A stretch of DNA of 64,000 nucleotides from a virus, in the IMG/VR virus record IMGVR_UViG_3300044617_000226, positions 14,989 through 78,988 of that record; one strand, given 5' to 3'. Positions 1-9,572 of the stretch are shown piece by piece. Position 1 is the first letter of the stretch; each line of letters starts with the position of its first letter. The notes under the pieces are model-generated. The model had not been told where the DNA came from, made no database searches, and saw nothing but the letters and a program-made list of their open reading frames with translations. The translations under genes were made by a program, and so were the position numbers.

Positions 1-3000
1 TAATCTTCTAAGAGATTCATGTCATCGACCAAACTCTTTAGTTTGTTGACATCGACTAAGAATGTGTCCCCAAACTTCTGCTTATCGCTAGGGAACACAT
101 GCAAATTTTCTTTAGCGAATGGATCGCAGATATATGTCACATCAAAGTTTTTATAGTCACAGACTGAACTACATACCCAGATATAATTCTCTTTATTCGG
201 TTTGACCTTTGCCAATATGTCTTTGAATGTATCGAGGTAACTCTTTCTATATGGCACTGTGAATACATTCTTTCCTGTGGCTTTAGACAATAACTGTTCT
301 TTAATCTTGTCTGTCTCACTGTTGCCATGGTCGATCAGATAGATATCGTACAAGCAGTTAGTCGCTTTGGCACTACGGTTCTTGACAAAGTTTAGATTGC
401 TAAGATGCTCTATGATCTTGATATACTTGGTATCTTCTGGGAAAGTTTCTTTGTTCAATAGATATGTGGTTCCCCAATGGCTCCACTGAGTGCCAAATAT
501 ATGAACCATCTTCATCTGCCAAGGATTAGGATAATACTTGAAATCAAAATTACTATAATCTAATTCGCTGTTGAGTATCCATGCTAACTCAGTGGTGCTT
601 CTATTCAAGCAACGGTATATCGTATCTACCCAACTGTTCAGATATCTAGTCTTTTGTATGTTAGGGAATCGTTCTTGTAATCTCTCAAATCTTTCTTTAG
701 ATTCAATGTTGCCGCGATCAATCATAAACATATCAGGTTGTATGAACAACTCAGCAAGATATTCGTTCTCTGCTTTTATGTCGCCAGTAACGAAATTGTA
801 CTGCGTGAATCCTTGCTTATAGAGTTTGCTATTGACGAAATATGTCTGTGTCTCTTTTGCTTCGGGACTACCGAATACATGAACGAATCGTGCTTGTTCG
901 ATATTAGGACGCCAGCTGAAATTGAAACTGCTGTAATTGATGTTCTTATTCAATGCCCAGAACAATTCGTCACTATGTTGATCGATCAAATCTTCTAATG
1001 TAGTCTGTATGTAATATTTAGGAATCTCTACGAACTCGTCATCGTGCTTTTTAGTCACACGCAACAACTTTACAGCCTCTCCATTGTTCTTTTTAGGAAC
1101 ATAGAGAGGGCCATCTTCGTCATTCAATAATGTACCGAACTGATAGATGTAAGGTGGGCTACCGGGATTAGGTCTCCAGCTAAAGTCGAAATCTTTAATG
1201 TCGATATCTTTAGGTATCATCCAGTTAGTCATATCGCTAGCGACTTCTGCTATGATGTCGTTGACATATTTTCTTTCTGTAGCACCTTCTACAACATATT
1301 CTAATGTTGGTTCTACTTCAGAACTATTCCACTGATTACCGAACACATAGATATATGGAGGGCTAGTGGGGTCTGGACGCCAACTATAATCAAAGTTTCC
1401 CCTAACTTTGATCAATTCACGCCACTTACTATAATCAGGTAATACATTTGCTACTTGCGTCATATATTTGCGCTGTGTAGCATTCTTGACATGATATTCT
1501 AATGTAGGTTCTATCTCAGCATTATTCCATTGATTGCCGAACACATAGATATAAGGATCATCGTGTGGATCAGGTACCCAACTATAGTCAAAACTTGTTC
1601 TGTCTACTGGTATGATCTCTGTGAATCTGTCATAGTTTTGCGCTAATGATGCTTTGAGAGTGTTATCATACTTGTAGTCCGTACCACCGCTGACTCTATA
1701 CAATACTGTAGGCATTTTTTCTGCTGGATACTGCGTGTTGCCGAAAGCATAGATATATGGATCTTCTTTAGGATTAGGTCTCCAACTAAAATCAAAACTC
1801 TCTTCTACGATAGGATGTAGTATCTTAAAGTTTTTCTTGTCAGGTAACACATGTGCTATGATGTCTTCTACATATTTGTATTCTGTAGCACCCGGCACGA
1901 CATATTCTAATGTATGTTCTAGTGTTGCTTTATTCCATTGATTACCGAACACATAGATATAAGGAGGTGCTTTAGGATCAGGCACCCAACCAAAGTCGAA
2001 TTTGTTCTTATCTACTGGTATCTTTTCTACCCAATTAGTCATGTTATTTGCTAACTTGGCTTTGATATCATCTACATATTTGATCTCTGTAGCGTTCTCT
2101 ACAGCATAGCGAACGGTAGGCATGACTTCGCCGGGATACTGATTGTTACCAAACACATATATGAATGGATCATCGTATGGGTCTGGTCTCCAACTGAAGT
2201 CGAACTCATTTTCAACTATAGGCAATAGTATCTCAAATTTTGATTTGTCTTGCGCTACCTTACCTATGATATCATGAACATACTTGTATTCTGTAGCACC
2301 TGCTACATGATATTCAACAGTAGGTTCTTTCTCAGCACGGTTCCACTGATTACCGAACACATAGATATAAGGTGGTGCCTCTGGATGAGGTACCCAACTG
2401 AAATCAAAACTATCAGGTTCTAATCTGATCTTTACTTTGAAATTCTTATTGTTAGGTAATGTCTTTGCTTCTATCTCTTTGATATATTTCTTTTGTGTAG
2501 CATTCTTAGTTTTGTATATAGGTCCGCCCACATCGTTCCATACAGTAGCGAACTCATAATCATATGGTTCTTCTGTGCTATCTGGATGCCAACTAAAATC
2601 GAAACTATCTTGATCTATGTTACTAGGTATGAACCAGTTTTCTTTATTAGGTAACTTAGTGACTTTTTGTATGTCTACATATTTTGTTTCGGTAGCATTC
2701 TCTACGACATATCTAGGGCCATCAGTCTTTTGATGCTGTGTGCCGAACTCATAGATATATGCCGATTCAGTATCATCGGGATGCCAACTAAAGTCAAACT
2801 TGCTAATATCAACATCTATAGGCACTTGCCAATTACTATGGTCGGGCTTTCTAACTGCTCGTTGGCTGTCTACATACTTTGTCTCAGTCGCACCTGCCAC
2901 GACATATCTAGGACCACCTGTCTTCTGCCACTGTGTGCCGAACTGATAGATGTAAGGGGGACTGCCTGGATCAGGAACCCAACTAAAGTCAAAAGACTTT

Positions 3001-5153
3001 GTATCTATGTTATCAGGTATTTGCCAGTTAGTCATGTTGATGTCTAATCTAGCAACAACATCATTGATATACTTGATTTCTGTAGCGCCGGGAGTCACAT
3101 ATCTTATAGTAGGCATCACTTCAGCAGGATACTGATTATTACCGAACACATAGATATATGGTTCTTCTGTATTATCGGGGTGCCAACTAAAATCAAAACT
3201 CTTTATTTTGATATCAGACAACTGCCAGTGTTGTTGAGTAGGACTGGCTTTGACCTTATCACTATGCATGTATTTTGTTTCAGTGGCTCCTTCTACTATA
3301 TACTTAGGTCCACCGTTCTTTTGCCACTGAGTATTGAATTCATAAATGTAGGATTGATCATGCGGATTAGGTATCCAACTATAATCGAATTCATTATCAT
3401 CGATATTATCAGGTACTATCCAATTAGTCTTGTTTTGTTCTAATTCAGCAACGATGTCTGTTATATACTTTTCTTTAGTCGCGCCTTCTACCCTATATTC
3501 TATAGTAGGCATCTGTCTAGCATCGTGGTGCTGATTACCAAACACATAGATGTATGGTTCTTCTGTATTGTCTGGATGCCAACTATAGTCAAAACTCTTT
3601 ATCTTATAATCAGAAACGACATGCCAGTTTTTATTAGTAGGTAATGCTTTTATTTTGTCTGAAATCATATACTTGACTTCAGTAGCGTTAGGCATCTCAT
3701 ATCTAATACCGCAATTCTTTTGCCATTGAGTATTGAACTCATATATGTATGGAGGATCGTGCGGATTAGGGATCCAGTCGAAATCAAAATCTTCTACTGC
3801 TATATTATCAGGTACTACCCAATATTCACGGCTGTTAGTGATAGTCGCTATGATATCATGTACATATTTGATCTTGCTTGCGCCTGGCACATGATACTCA
3901 ACTGTCGCCATGATCTCGGCACTGTAATATTGATTGCCAAACACATAGATGTATGGTTCTTCTGTATCATCTGGATGCCAACTAAAATCAAAATCTTTTA
4001 TGTTAATACCTTCTGGTATCTTCCAGTTATTTGTAGTAGGCAACGCAGTAGTTTGTTGCTCACTGATGAATTTGATTTCTGTAGCATTCTCTACAATATA
4101 CTTAGGACCGCCTGTCTTTTGCCATTGTGTGCTAAATTGATAGATATATGGAGGATCATTAGGGTTAGGCTCCCAACTGAAATCAAAATCTTTAGTATCA
4201 ATGTTGTCAGGTATAGACCAATTAGTCATATCTGCAAGCCTGGTGACTCTATCAGGCATGTATTTGTATTCTGTTGCACCTTCTACTATAAACTGTACAC
4301 TGATCTTGTCTTCAGGTTTATTCCACTGATTGCCCCATGCATAGATATAGGGAGGCGCACCTGGATCAGGACGCCATGTGTAATCCATGTCAGAGCATTT
4401 TTCAAATACATCAAATATCTTACTGTTGGAACTTAGTTTGACATGCCATGCATTGTCGATATACTTTCTATCAGTAGCGCCGTCTACATGAAATTCTATA
4501 GTAGGCATCTCTTCAGCAGAGTAATGCTGATTGCCCCATACATAGATATAAGGTGGGTTGGTAGGATCAGGAATCCATGACCAATCAAAAGTATTCTCGT
4601 CAATATCTTGTAATATCTTATAATTGTTTTTGTTAGGCTTTAACTCTACAAATTTTTCCATGTATTTGTAGTCTGTCGCCCCGGGAACACGATATTCTAT
4701 CGCAGGCTTATGCGTAGCAGGGAAATATCTACAGCCCCATGCATAGATATAGGGAGGATCTGTAGGATCTGGGTGCCAACTGAAATCAAACAGACTCTCT
4801 TCAACATCATAATTCAATACCCAATTATTTGACCTATCTTCAGTTCTTACTAATTCAGGTACATCTTGTCTGTATATCGTATTGCCGCCAGTATTTTTAG
4901 CGCACAACCAAGTACCGCTATCTTTGTTATGCTGACTGGGCCATACATTATCATGCTCGCCTGTCCATACTTGATCGTCCGGCAAGAATTCAAAATCAAA
5001 GTCCCAATCAAAACCTGCATAGTCACAAAACTCGTTGACTATCCAAAAATGTTCAGTGGTGGCTAATGCTCTCGCTTCTTCGAGGTTTTTAGCATATCGC
5101 TCTAGTGGGTGAACATTGGGTTTTTTGCCGAAGTAGAATACATCTCGTATCAT
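1..5153 (-). CDS. Giant tandem-repeat protein (>=1717 aa, 3' end beyond window): ~19 repeats of ~65-68 aa plus degenerate glycosyltransferase-like modules
   Basis: Hand translation from ATG at 5153 gives MIRDVFYFGKKPNVHPLERYAKNLEEARALATTEHFWIVNEFCDY. The frame stays open to the window edge (...LLED). The track lists no ORF in this frame, as expected if there is no stop. The motif FD(F/Y)SWxP(D/N)xxxxPYIYxFG(N/T)Q...GATExKY recurs about every 200 bp. Confidence 0.93.
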   Translation of the reverse strand, partial: MIRDVFYFGKKPNVHPLERYAKNLEEARALATTEHFWIVNEFCDYAGFDWDFDFEFLPDDQVWTGEHDNVWPSQHNKDSGTWLCAKNTGGNTIYRQDVPELVRTEDRSNNWVLNYDVEESLFDFSWHPDPTDPPYIYAWGCRYFPATHKPAIEYRVPGATDYKYMEKFVELKPNKNNYKILQDIDENTFDWSWIPDPTNPPYIYVWGNQHYSAEEMPTIEFHVDGATDRKYIDNAWHVKLSSNSKIFDVFEKCSDMDYTWRPDPGAPPYIYAWGNQWNKPEDKISVQFIVEGATEYKYMPDRVTRLADMTNWSIPDNIDTKDFDFSWEPNPNDPPYIYQFSTQWQKTGGPKYIVENATEIKFISEQQTTALPTTNNWKIPEGINIKDFDFSWHPDDTEEPYIYVFGNQYYSAEIMATVEYHVPGASKIKYVHDIIATITNSREYWVVPDNIAVEDFDFDWIPNPHDPPYIYEFNTQWQKNCGIRYEMPNATEVKYMISDKIKALPTNKNWHVVSDYKIKSFDYSWHPDNTEEPYIYVFGNQHHDARQMPTIEYRVEGATKEKYITDIVAELEQNKTNWIVPDNIDDNEFDYSWIPNPHDQSYIYEFNTQWQKNGGPKYIVEGATETKYMHSDKVKASPTQQHWQLSDIKIKSFDFSWHPDNTEEPYIYVFGNNQYPAEVMPTIRYVTPGATEIKYINDVVARLDINMTNWQIPDNIDTKSFDFSWVPDPGSPPYIYQFGTQWQKTGGPRYVVAGATETKYVDSQRAVRKPDHSNWQVPIDVDISKFDFSWHPDDTESAYIYEFGTQHQKTDGPRYVVENATETKYVDIQKVTKLPNKENWFIPSNIDQDSFDFSWHPDSTEEPYDYEFATVWNDVGGPIYKTKNATQKKYIKEIEAKTLPNNKNFKVKIRLEPDSFDFSWVPHPEAPPYIYVFGNQWNRAEKEPTVEYHVAGATEYKYVHDIIGKVAQDKSKFEILLPIVENEFDFSWRPDPYDDPFIYVFGNNQYPGEVMPTVRYAVENATEIKYVDDIKAKLANNMTNWVEKIPVDKNKFDFGWVPDPKAPPYIYVFGNQWNKATLEHTLEYVVPGATEYKYVEDIIAHVLPDKKNFKILHPIVEESFDFSWRPNPKEDPYIYAFGNTQYPAEKMPTVLYRVSGGTDYKYDNTLKASLAQNYDRFTEIIPVDRTSFDYSWVPDPHDDPYIYVFGNQWNNAEIEPTLEYHVKNATQRKYMTQVANVLPDYSKWRELIKVRGNFDYSWRPDPTSPPYIYVFGNQWNSSEVEPTLEYVVEGATERKYVNDIIAEVASDMTNWMIPKDIDIKDFDFSWRPNPGSPPYIYQFGTLLNDEDGPLYVPKKNNGEAVKLLRVTKKHDDEFVEIPKYYIQTTLEDLIDQHSDELFWALNKNINYSSFNFSWRPNIEQARFVHVFGSPEAKETQTYFVNSKLYKQGFTQYNFVTGDIKAENEYLAELFIQPDMFMIDRGNIESKERFERLQERFPNIQKTRYLNSWVDTIYRCLNRSTTELAWILNSELDYSNFDFKYYPNPWQMKMVHIFGTQWSHWGTTYLLNKETFPEDTKYIKIIEHLSNLNFVKNRSAKATNCLYDIYLIDHGNSETDKIKEQLLSKATGKNVFTVPYRKSYLDTFKDILAKVKPNKENYIWVCSSVCDYKNFDVTYICDPFAKENLHVFPSDKQKFGDTFLVDVNKLKSLVDDMNLLED
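1090..4830 (-). repeat. Coding tandem repeat array, ~19 units of ~195-205 bp
   Basis: Plus-strand ccaact(a/g)aa(a/g)tc(a/g)aa-like motifs (encoding FDFSW) near 1180, 1380, 1580, 1785, 1990, 2190, 2395, 2590, 2785, 2980, 3180, 3375, 3580, 3775, 3975, 4170, 4375, 4575 and 4775. Conserved at protein level with synonymous divergence. Confidence 0.9.
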
Positions 5154-5161
5154 GCATTTAC

Positions 5162-6643
5162 TTATGAAATGACTTTAAGGTTATAAAGTTTTTCAAAGCG
5201 ATCGGCATCCATTCTATCGTTGACCATAGGTTCCCCGCGTATGTTCAAACTTGTGTTCAACAACATGGGGCATCCAGTCTTATCATACCATGCTTCTAGT
5301 AACTGTCGTATCCCAGATCCATCTTTTGCAACTGTCTGTACACGACTGGTATTGTCGTGATGAACGATAGCAGGAAAAAAGTCAGGATGCCTGCACCTAG
5401 CGATGACTTGCATATACCTACTATTACTGAAACCAGCAGGCATGTCAAAATAGTTATCAACATGCTCTTCCAAAATGACTGGAGCAAAGGGTCTGAACTT
5501 CTGTCTTCGTTTGATCTCATTGACTTTATCCTTTATCTCGGGTCCTCTTGGGTCAGCTAATAAACTACGATTGCCTAATGCGCGAGGCCCGAATTCTGCT
5601 CTTCCATTAGCAACCCCTACCATCTTATTTTTCTTTAGTTCTTTGATGATCTTATCTACTGGATATGGCCCTTTGATGTCGTGACCTAAGAATGCATCAG
5701 TCCAGTTGATCTTTCTACCATAACCCAATGCGGCTGCGCCTAGGCTGTTACCTGCATCGCCCGGATTAGGCATTATCCATATGTTATTAAAATACTTACC
5801 TAATAGTCTATTTGCTAGACAGTTTAATGCTACGCCACCACCGTATACTAGATTTTTGCTAGAACCTAAACGAAAGGCTTTGTGCATGACTTTTTCTATT
5901 AGGGTCTCGCATACTAACTGTGCGCTAGACGCGATATCCATATCTTCTGCTTTGTCTAAGAAGTTATTTGGTTCTAAACCTATGTGTAGATTATGCCTGA
6001 AATCTAAGTCGAATAGATTTTCTAGATAATGACTTACCATCCTATTAGCATGTTTAGGTTTACCGTATGCAGCCATACCCATGAGGATATATTCTTCTTC
6101 ATTGGGCTTTAATCCCACACGCTGTGTCATAGCACTATAGAATAGTCCTATGCTGTTGGGATATTTTTTGCTCCATAATTTAGTATAGTGGGCAGTACCA
6201 TTCTTGTCATAACATGCATCCCATATGCTGATGCAATCTAACTCACCTATAGCATCTATGATGACCACTGTAGCATGATCAAATGGACTAGTCTGAAACC
6301 CTGCCGCCGCATGGCTCTTATGATGTGAATGTGTAGTGATAGGTTTGTCACCTAATAGATCGCATAGTTCAGGACCTATGATCTTCTTTGCGCTTAAAGA
6401 ACTCATAGGTTGTCCCGCACGAAATTGTCTGAATGCTTTAAGCCAAGGCTTCTCATAATAATGCAATTCATAATTATATGTTGCATATGATAATGCATCT
6501 TTGATTATGCCTTCACACAAATCAGGATCATGCTTCTTTTTGCTATAGCGTTCGCTATGTCCAGCAAAGAGTATATTTCCGTTATCACTTATGACACTAA
6601 TACCTGCATCGTGAAAGCCCGCGCTTATACCTATATAACTCAT
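5162..6643 (-). CDS. Carbamoyltransferase, NodU/CmcH/TobZ family
   Basis: Kae1-like N-domain (HDAG, SERYSKKKHD, HHKSHAA, DAIGE, GGVALNC, PGDAG) and YrdC-like C-domain (GRAEFGPRALGNRS, KRRQKFRPFAP, SRVQTV, LLNTSLN). Confidence 0.95.
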   Translation of the reverse strand: MSYIGISAGFHDAGISVISDNGNILFAGHSERYSKKKHDPDLCEGIIKDALSYATYNYELHYYEKPWLKAFRQFRAGQPMSSLSAKKIIGPELCDLLGDKPITTHSHHKSHAAAGFQTSPFDHATVVIIDAIGELDCISIWDACYDKNGTAHYTKLWSKKYPNSIGLFYSAMTQRVGLKPNEEEYILMGMAAYGKPKHANRMVSHYLENLFDLDFRHNLHIGLEPNNFLDKAEDMDIASSAQLVCETLIEKVMHKAFRLGSSKNLVYGGGVALNCLANRLLGKYFNNIWIMPNPGDAGNSLGAAALGYGRKINWTDAFLGHDIKGPYPVDKIIKELKKNKMVGVANGRAEFGPRALGNRSLLADPRGPEIKDKVNEIKRRQKFRPFAPVILEEHVDNYFDMPAGFSNSRYMQVIARCRHPDFFPAIVHHDNTSRVQTVAKDGSGIRQLLEAWYDKTGCPMLLNTSLNIRGEPMVNDRMDADRFEKLYNLKVIS

Positions 6644-7491
6644 TGATATACCTGCTGTTCTATTTTATCGACCCAATGTGCATGGTGAGCCATGCCCGGA
6701 TGCATGATATCTCTAGCCAAGTCATCCTGTATGTTTTCTGGAGTAGTCCACTGTTCTAGTAATACCATGTGATTCTTTTTTAAAGTCTTTAATAGTTCAT
6801 ATGTAGGGAGATCCCATGAAGATATGTACAATTGTATATCATTCTTTTTAGCCATATGTTCCATTATGTAAATGTCTTCTTTCATCTTTCTTATAAATTC
6901 AACATCAGGAATATATTTATAAAACATATCATGATTGATGTTATAATTTTCTAGTACAGGAGGTTTATATTGCGGTAGTAGTCCGATTAAACGAACAGAT
7001 TGATTTGACATATTTTCTGCCGCTATCGTAGTTCTCATATATGTAGGGAACAATACTACTGCCTTGTCCATCTTGATGTTGTTAGCCACAATACAGAAAA
7101 CATCAGATATAGTTTTAATGCTCGCGCCCGGCAAACCGAAATTGTATGTACTATATCCTTTTGATTTAGCCAAGAGTTTATGCCATAATGTATCTTCCGG
7201 TAACCCAGTACCGAAAGTATAACTACACCCAAAAGCTGCCAAGTTAATATGATTTATAAGATCAATATCCCTGAAGCCTAATTCAGAAATCTTATAATCA
7301 AAGTCTTTATGTTGCCATCGATATCGATGTGCTTCTTCTAGGGCTGAGAATGTAGAAACTTGCCTTCTAATACTACCATCTTTTAAAATCAAATCAGGCC
7401 TAGTAGCACAAACGGTATAATTCGTGACTTCTTTTATGTCATCACTGTCTAGGACATTTAACTGTAACAAATTGTCAATGGAGTTAATCAC
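6640..7491 (-). CDS. SGNH/GDSL-fold protein (possible sugar O-acyl esterase or transferase)
   Basis: Block I FGCSYTFG, block II NFGLPGAS, C-terminal DxxH (RDIMHPG). GTG start. ATGA overlap with the carbamoyltransferase. Confidence 0.75.
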   Translation of the reverse strand: MINSIDNLLQLNVLDSDDIKEVTNYTVCATRPDLILKDGSIRRQVSTFSALEEAHRYRWQHKDFDYKISELGFRDIDLINHINLAAFGCSYTFGTGLPEDTLWHKLLAKSKGYSTYNFGLPGASIKTISDVFCIVANNIKMDKAVVLFPTYMRTTIAAENMSNQSVRLIGLLPQYKPPVLENYNINHDMFYKYIPDVEFIRKMKEDIYIMEHMAKKNDIQLYISSWDLPTYELLKTLKKNHMVLLEQWTTPENIQDDLARDIMHPGMAHHAHWVDKIEQQVYQ

Positions 7492-7496
7492 TTTTA

Positions 7497-7598
7497 TTAA
7501 TATATAAACGGGTCGCGCTTTTTCATGTCACGCAGTCTTTTTCTATATTGTATCTCTAGTTTGATTTTATTAAACCATTTTTTGATGAATTTGAACAT
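7497..7598 (-). CDS. 33-aa basic peptide MFKFIKKWFNKIKLEIQYRKRLRDMKKRDPFIY
   Basis: Hand-translated; below the track's size cutoff. AAGGAG Shine-Dalgarno upstream, TAA stop, and it fills the gap between two operon genes. Confidence 0.75.
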   Translation of the reverse strand: MFKFIKKWFNKIKLEIQYRKRLRDMKKRDPFIY

Positions 7599-7602
7599 TT
7601 TA

Positions 7603-8826
7603 TCACTCCTTAGTTAATAGACTTGCATCTACCGTCTTGTTATTGTATAGTTTATCTATCGCGGATAGCTCACCGCAGGTCTCTACACAGAATAACAACC
7701 TACCGTCTTCTACTGGTTTACCTTCCCATCCATCTAAAAAGAATTTCTGAAAGTATGGACCCTTCAATATATCAAGCACATTATTTTTACGCAAATCAAA
7801 TTTATCTAAACCCAATTTATTGATCATATCATTAAATTGCCAACGACTATATGTTGTATTATTTGCGCCGAACACGCCACCTAAGAAACAGCAAGGTAAT
7901 AGATAGCCGCCAGCTGAAACATATAATTCTTGTGTATAACTATTAACTGATTTACACTTTATGCACGATTTCTGAGCGAGGTCTTTGCTGAATTCTGTTA
8001 GTACAGGAATATGTTTATTAACATATCCATCAGTTATTCCAGGGCTATGATGTCCTACCGGTATATTTGTTCTCTCGCCTGTGAAATTTACAGGATAAAC
8101 GCTATATTCATATCTTTGATTTTTATCATAGACATTCATGCCTATAGGCTTGCCTTGATATTCACCAAACCCCATTGGATTCTTAGTGACAAAATGAAAG
8201 CCTAACTTGTTTGCTAATTTTTTAGCCTCTTCTACTTGATGCTGGTTATGTTCGAATACTAAAAACTCCCATATACCGAATGCACCTGTACTAGCATATG
8301 CTTCCATGTTAGCGAACAATCTATCCCATTTAACTCCCCTGCGATATATGTGATTAGTATCTTCTAATCCATCAACGCTAAACACTACTGCAGGAAATGC
8401 GAAACTATCATAGTTACTTTCTTTCAATGATTTCCATGCGCTATTATCTCTGTTAGGAACACTTGCAAAAAACTCGCCAACTTGCTTCCAATACGCGGCA
8501 TTTCTCATACCACCATTAGTTCTAACCTGCTGTGCTATATTCTTCTCGCTGTTAGATTGAAAATATTCAAGTATGGGTAGTAAGTCCAATGCTACGCCCG
8601 GATCTCCTAAGTTACCGCAGAAATTGATAGCAGAGATATTTTTAGCAAATCCCGGCGGAAAGAATGTTTTGATATCATCGATAGAAAGTTCGGTCAATAC
8701 TAGATCAGGAACTACTGGTCCGCCGCCGAAATTTCTGCTACAGGCCGGACAACTAGCATTGCATCTAGTAGTCAATTCAATGTGTAGTCTTCCAATTTTA
8801 GATAAGTTGTACATGTTTTCTCTCAA
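7603..8826 (-). CDS. Radical SAM protein with C-terminal SPASM/Twitch-like Cys motif
   Basis: CNASCPAC near the N-terminus, FCGNLGDP, TNGG, FSVDG; C-terminal CIKC...LLPCC...CVETC. Confidence 0.9.
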   Translation of the reverse strand: MRENMYNLSKIGRLHIELTTRCNASCPACSRNFGGGPVVPDLVLTELSIDDIKTFFPPGFAKNISAINFCGNLGDPGVALDLLPILEYFQSNSEKNIAQQVRTNGGMRNAAYWKQVGEFFASVPNRDNSAWKSLKESNYDSFAFPAVVFSVDGLEDTNHIYRRGVKWDRLFANMEAYASTGAFGIWEFLVFEHNQHQVEEAKKLANKLGFHFVTKNPMGFGEYQGKPIGMNVYDKNQRYEYSVYPVNFTGERTNIPVGHHSPGITDGYVNKHIPVLTEFSKDLAQKSCIKCKSVNSYTQELYVSAGGYLLPCCFLGGVFGANNTTYSRWQFNDMINKLGLDKFDLRKNNVLDILKGPYFQKFFLDGWEGKPVEDGRLLFCVETCGELSAIDKLYNNKTVDASLLTKE

Positions 8827-8831
8827 TTCAA

Positions 8832-9572
8832 TTACTTATAACTTTTTATAGTAGGTTCTATCACTCTATTAAAATATATCTGATGTCCTAACTCATTAAC
8901 ATGATTGTCTATTGACCTATACGGTTTTTGTGTTTCAAGACTATGATCATGTTTACCTGAAAAATCATAATTTCTTATGTCAACCATCTGCTGAAATTTC
9001 ATAGGTTTTAGTCCTTTTACAAAATCATATGTCGTGAATTCATAATTTCTTCTACAAAAAGACCAACGAAAATTGTATTTTTGTAGTGTTGCTAGTGCAT
9101 AGGCTGATAATAATGTCATCATTCCTAAATTTTGACCTATACTTTCATGGTACATGTATTTTATATATTGTCTTACTGCATCTCCCATACCATGATCATT
9201 ATGGCTTCCTGCCATCGACAATACATAACTGGCAATTTGTTTTTCGTTATGTGAGGCAATTTCTATTCTATCAGGATTAGTAAGTTGAAAAAATATTAAT
9301 TGTGACTCTTTCTCATCCGTGTCATTTTCACTGTATACTAAAAAATCTCTTAGTATCTGTTGATTTGATCTACCTGGGTTGGCATAATTTAAAACTTTCA
9401 ACTCGGGATATTTTTTCTGTAGTAATGAGCCCCAGCAATATTCGCTAGGTGAATTTTCCGGTAGTACAGGTCCCACCATCGATTGAGTACTAGGATCATA
9501 GTGATATATACGGTCAGGACATCCATGACCATAATTAAAACTATCTCCGAAGATGACCACTTTATTAATCAT
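8832..9572 (-). CDS. SGNH/GDSL-fold protein
   Basis: IFGDSFNYG, NYANPGRSN, C-terminal DNHVNELGH. Confidence 0.75.
   Translation of the reverse strand: MINKVVIFGDSFNYGHGCPDRIYHYDPSTQSMVGPVLPENSPSEYCWGSLLQKKYPELKVLNYANPGRSNQQILRDFLVYSENDTDEKESQLIFFQLTNPDRIEIASHNEKQIASYVLSMAGSHNDHGMGDAVRQYIKYMYHESIGQNLGMMTLLSAYALATLQKYNFRWSFCRRNYEFTTYDFVKGLKPMKFQQMVDIRNYDFSGKHDHSLETQKPYRSIDNHVNELGHQIYFNRVIEPTIKSYK

Noticed and set aside
1090-4830. CRISPR array or DGR template/variable repeats
   Set aside because: Period is ~200 bp, variation is synonymous and codon-structured, there are no identical 25-45 bp repeats with unique spacers, no adenine-specific mismatch pattern was evident, and no cas or reverse transcriptase gene is in the window.
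137-5066. Short ORFs in the track (plus strand 571-5066, minus strand 137-328), some with repeating motifs
   Set aside because: Antisense or off-frame shadows of the giant minus-strand repeat gene; their periodicity mirrors its repeats.
1-5153. Stop-codon recoding as the reason for the apparent 5-kb coding gap
   Set aside because: The frame is open under the standard code; it is missing from the track only because its stop lies at or beyond the window edge.
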